24,000 bases of DNA, taken from contig DATKPY010000018.1 in the NCBI GenBank assembly GCA_035523875.1, positions 94,461 through 118,460 on the forward strand, in the 5' to 3' direction. Below the pieces are notes generated by a model. That model was not told where the DNA came from and searched no databases. It saw only the letters and a program-made list of their open reading frames with translations. The position numbers and the translations under genes were made by a program. Of the stretch, positions 23,038-24,000 are shown one piece after another. Every line of letters begins with the position of its first letter. Position 1 is the stretch's first letter. This DNA is from Steroidobacteraceae bacterium. GTDB taxonomy: Bacteria; Pseudomonadota; Gammaproteobacteria; Steroidobacterales; Steroidobacteraceae.

Positions 23038-24000
23038 GCCGCGGCTTCCTCGGTCTCGCTCTCGTACAGGCGCGCCTTGTACGGACCCATGCCCACCCGC
23101 CGGTAGCACTCGAGGAAGGTCTCATCCTCATCGCAGCGCAGCTCGAGGTAGGCCTGGACGAGACGCTCGACACCCTGAGCGATCTCACTGCGCGCGAGCG
23201 CGCGTCCGACGCGCTCGCCGATCGCCGCATCGTTACCCGCACTGCCGCCGAGGGTCACCTGGTACCACTCCTCACCGTGCTTATCGACGCCCAGGATGCC
23301 GATATGACCGACGCTGTGGTGGCCGCAGCCGTTCATGCAGCCGCTGATGGTGATGCGGATCGGCCCGACCTCGTACTGCGCATCGAGCGAGTCGAAGCGC
23401 CGGTAGATCTCATCGGCGACGCCGATCGAGCCCGCATTCGCGAGACCGCAGAAATCGAGACCCGGACAGCAGACGATATCGGTGACGAGCCCGACGTTCG
23501 GTGTCGCGAGCCCCAGGGCATCGAGTGCCCGCCACAGCTCGTGCAGGTGGCACTCGGGCACATCGGCGAGGATGAGATTCTGATCGTAGGTCGAGCGCAG
23601 CTCGCCGAAGCTGTAGGCCTCACAGAGGTCGGCGAGCGCCTCGAACTGCTCGGCGGTGCAGTCCCCCGGCGGCTGGCCCGGGGCCTTGAGCGGCACGTAG
23701 ACCACCCGGTAACCGGCCACCTTGTGCGCACGGACATTGCGCTTGAGCCACGCCGCGAAGCGCGCATCGCGCGAGGCGAGGCGCTCGACGTCGTAGGCGA
23801 CCTCGGGCGCAGGGCGGTACGGTGGCGCACCGAAGTGCGCGCGCACGCGCTCGATGTCCCCGGGCTCGAGGCGCAGCGAATCGCGCTCGGAGCTCGCCGT
23901 GATCTTGGCGTACTCGTCCTCGACGGCGGCCCGGAAGCGCTCGTAGCCCCACTCCCGCAGCACGATCTTGATGCGCGCCTTGTGAATGTTGTCGCGGCGT
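23034..24000 (-). CDS. cysI: sulfite reductase hemoprotein (nitrite/sulfite reductase family), C-terminal ~320 aa; 5' end lies beyond the window
   Basis: The reading frame is open to the window edge (RRDNIHKARIKIVLREWGYERF...). Siroheme/[4Fe-4S] cysteine motifs are present: CCPGLDFCGLA and SGCMNGCGHH. No cysJ flavoprotein gene is adjacent. Confidence 0.88.
   Translation of the reverse strand, partial: RRDNIHKARIKIVLREWGYERFRAAVEDEYAKITASSERDSLRLEPGDIERVRAHFGAPPYRPAPEVAYDVERLASRDARFAAWLKRNVRAHKVAGYRVVYVPLKAPGQPPGDCTAEQFEALADLCEAYSFGELRSTYDQNLILADVPECHLHELWRALDALGLATPNVGLVTDIVCCPGLDFCGLANAGSIGVADEIYRRFDSLDAQYEVGPIRITISGCMNGCGHHSVGHIGILGVDKHGEEWYQVTLGGSAGNDAAIGERVGRALARSEIAQGVERLVQAYLELRCDEDETFLECYRRVGMGPYKARLYESETEEAAA

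Noticed and set aside
1-24000. Search by eye for CRISPR repeats, IS/transposase or integrase genes, tRNA/rRNA, riboswitch-like leaders (for example a Mn riboswitch upstream of the Nramp or VIT genes), and toxin-antitoxin or phage-defence genes.
   Set aside because: None were found. All sizeable ORFs are accounted for by housekeeping or accessory metabolic, stress and signalling families, and the intergenic regions are too short. The mbfA leader is truncated by the window edge (only 28 nt), so a riboswitch there cannot be assessed.

Overview
This is a high-GC (roughly 70%) and very densely coding chromosomal segment that looks beta/gammaproteobacterial. I support 20 CDS. I found no rRNA, tRNA, CRISPR array, IS or phage element, and no large unexplained gap. 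The largest non-coding stretches are about 290, 180 and 162 bp. The window has three blocks. (1) 29-9762 is a metal/stress block. It holds a tight plus-strand unit of an MbfA-like ferritin-VIT1 exporter, a second FtsH, an alpha-glucan phosphorylase and an Nramp homolog with a non-canonical metal site. A tandem UspE-like protein lies convergent to that unit and divergent from an APH-like/P-loop kinase fusion. (2) 9740-14179 is a minus-strand signalling unit: a FixL-type kinase core with no sensor domain, a FixJ-type regulator, and a PAS-HisKA-HATPase-REC hybrid kinase. It is divergent from an orphan ligAB extradiol dioxygenase pair, and a perfect 18-bp palindrome sits exactly mid-way in the shared intergenic region. 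(3) 14188-24000 is sulfur assimilation. cysI(partial)-DUF934 is convergent with cysB. cysB is divergent from an essentially gap-free cysH-cysG-cysteine synthase-FNR(TrxR-type)-pqiA-pqiB string. I see no clear-cut novel system such as a defence island. The best candidates for something undescribed are the split FixL-like signalling module with its palindromic operator, the dormancy-like stress/metal gene set, and the fusion of a ferredoxin-NADP reductase and PqiAB to the cys operon. All functional calls rest on motif recognition by eye, not on database searches.
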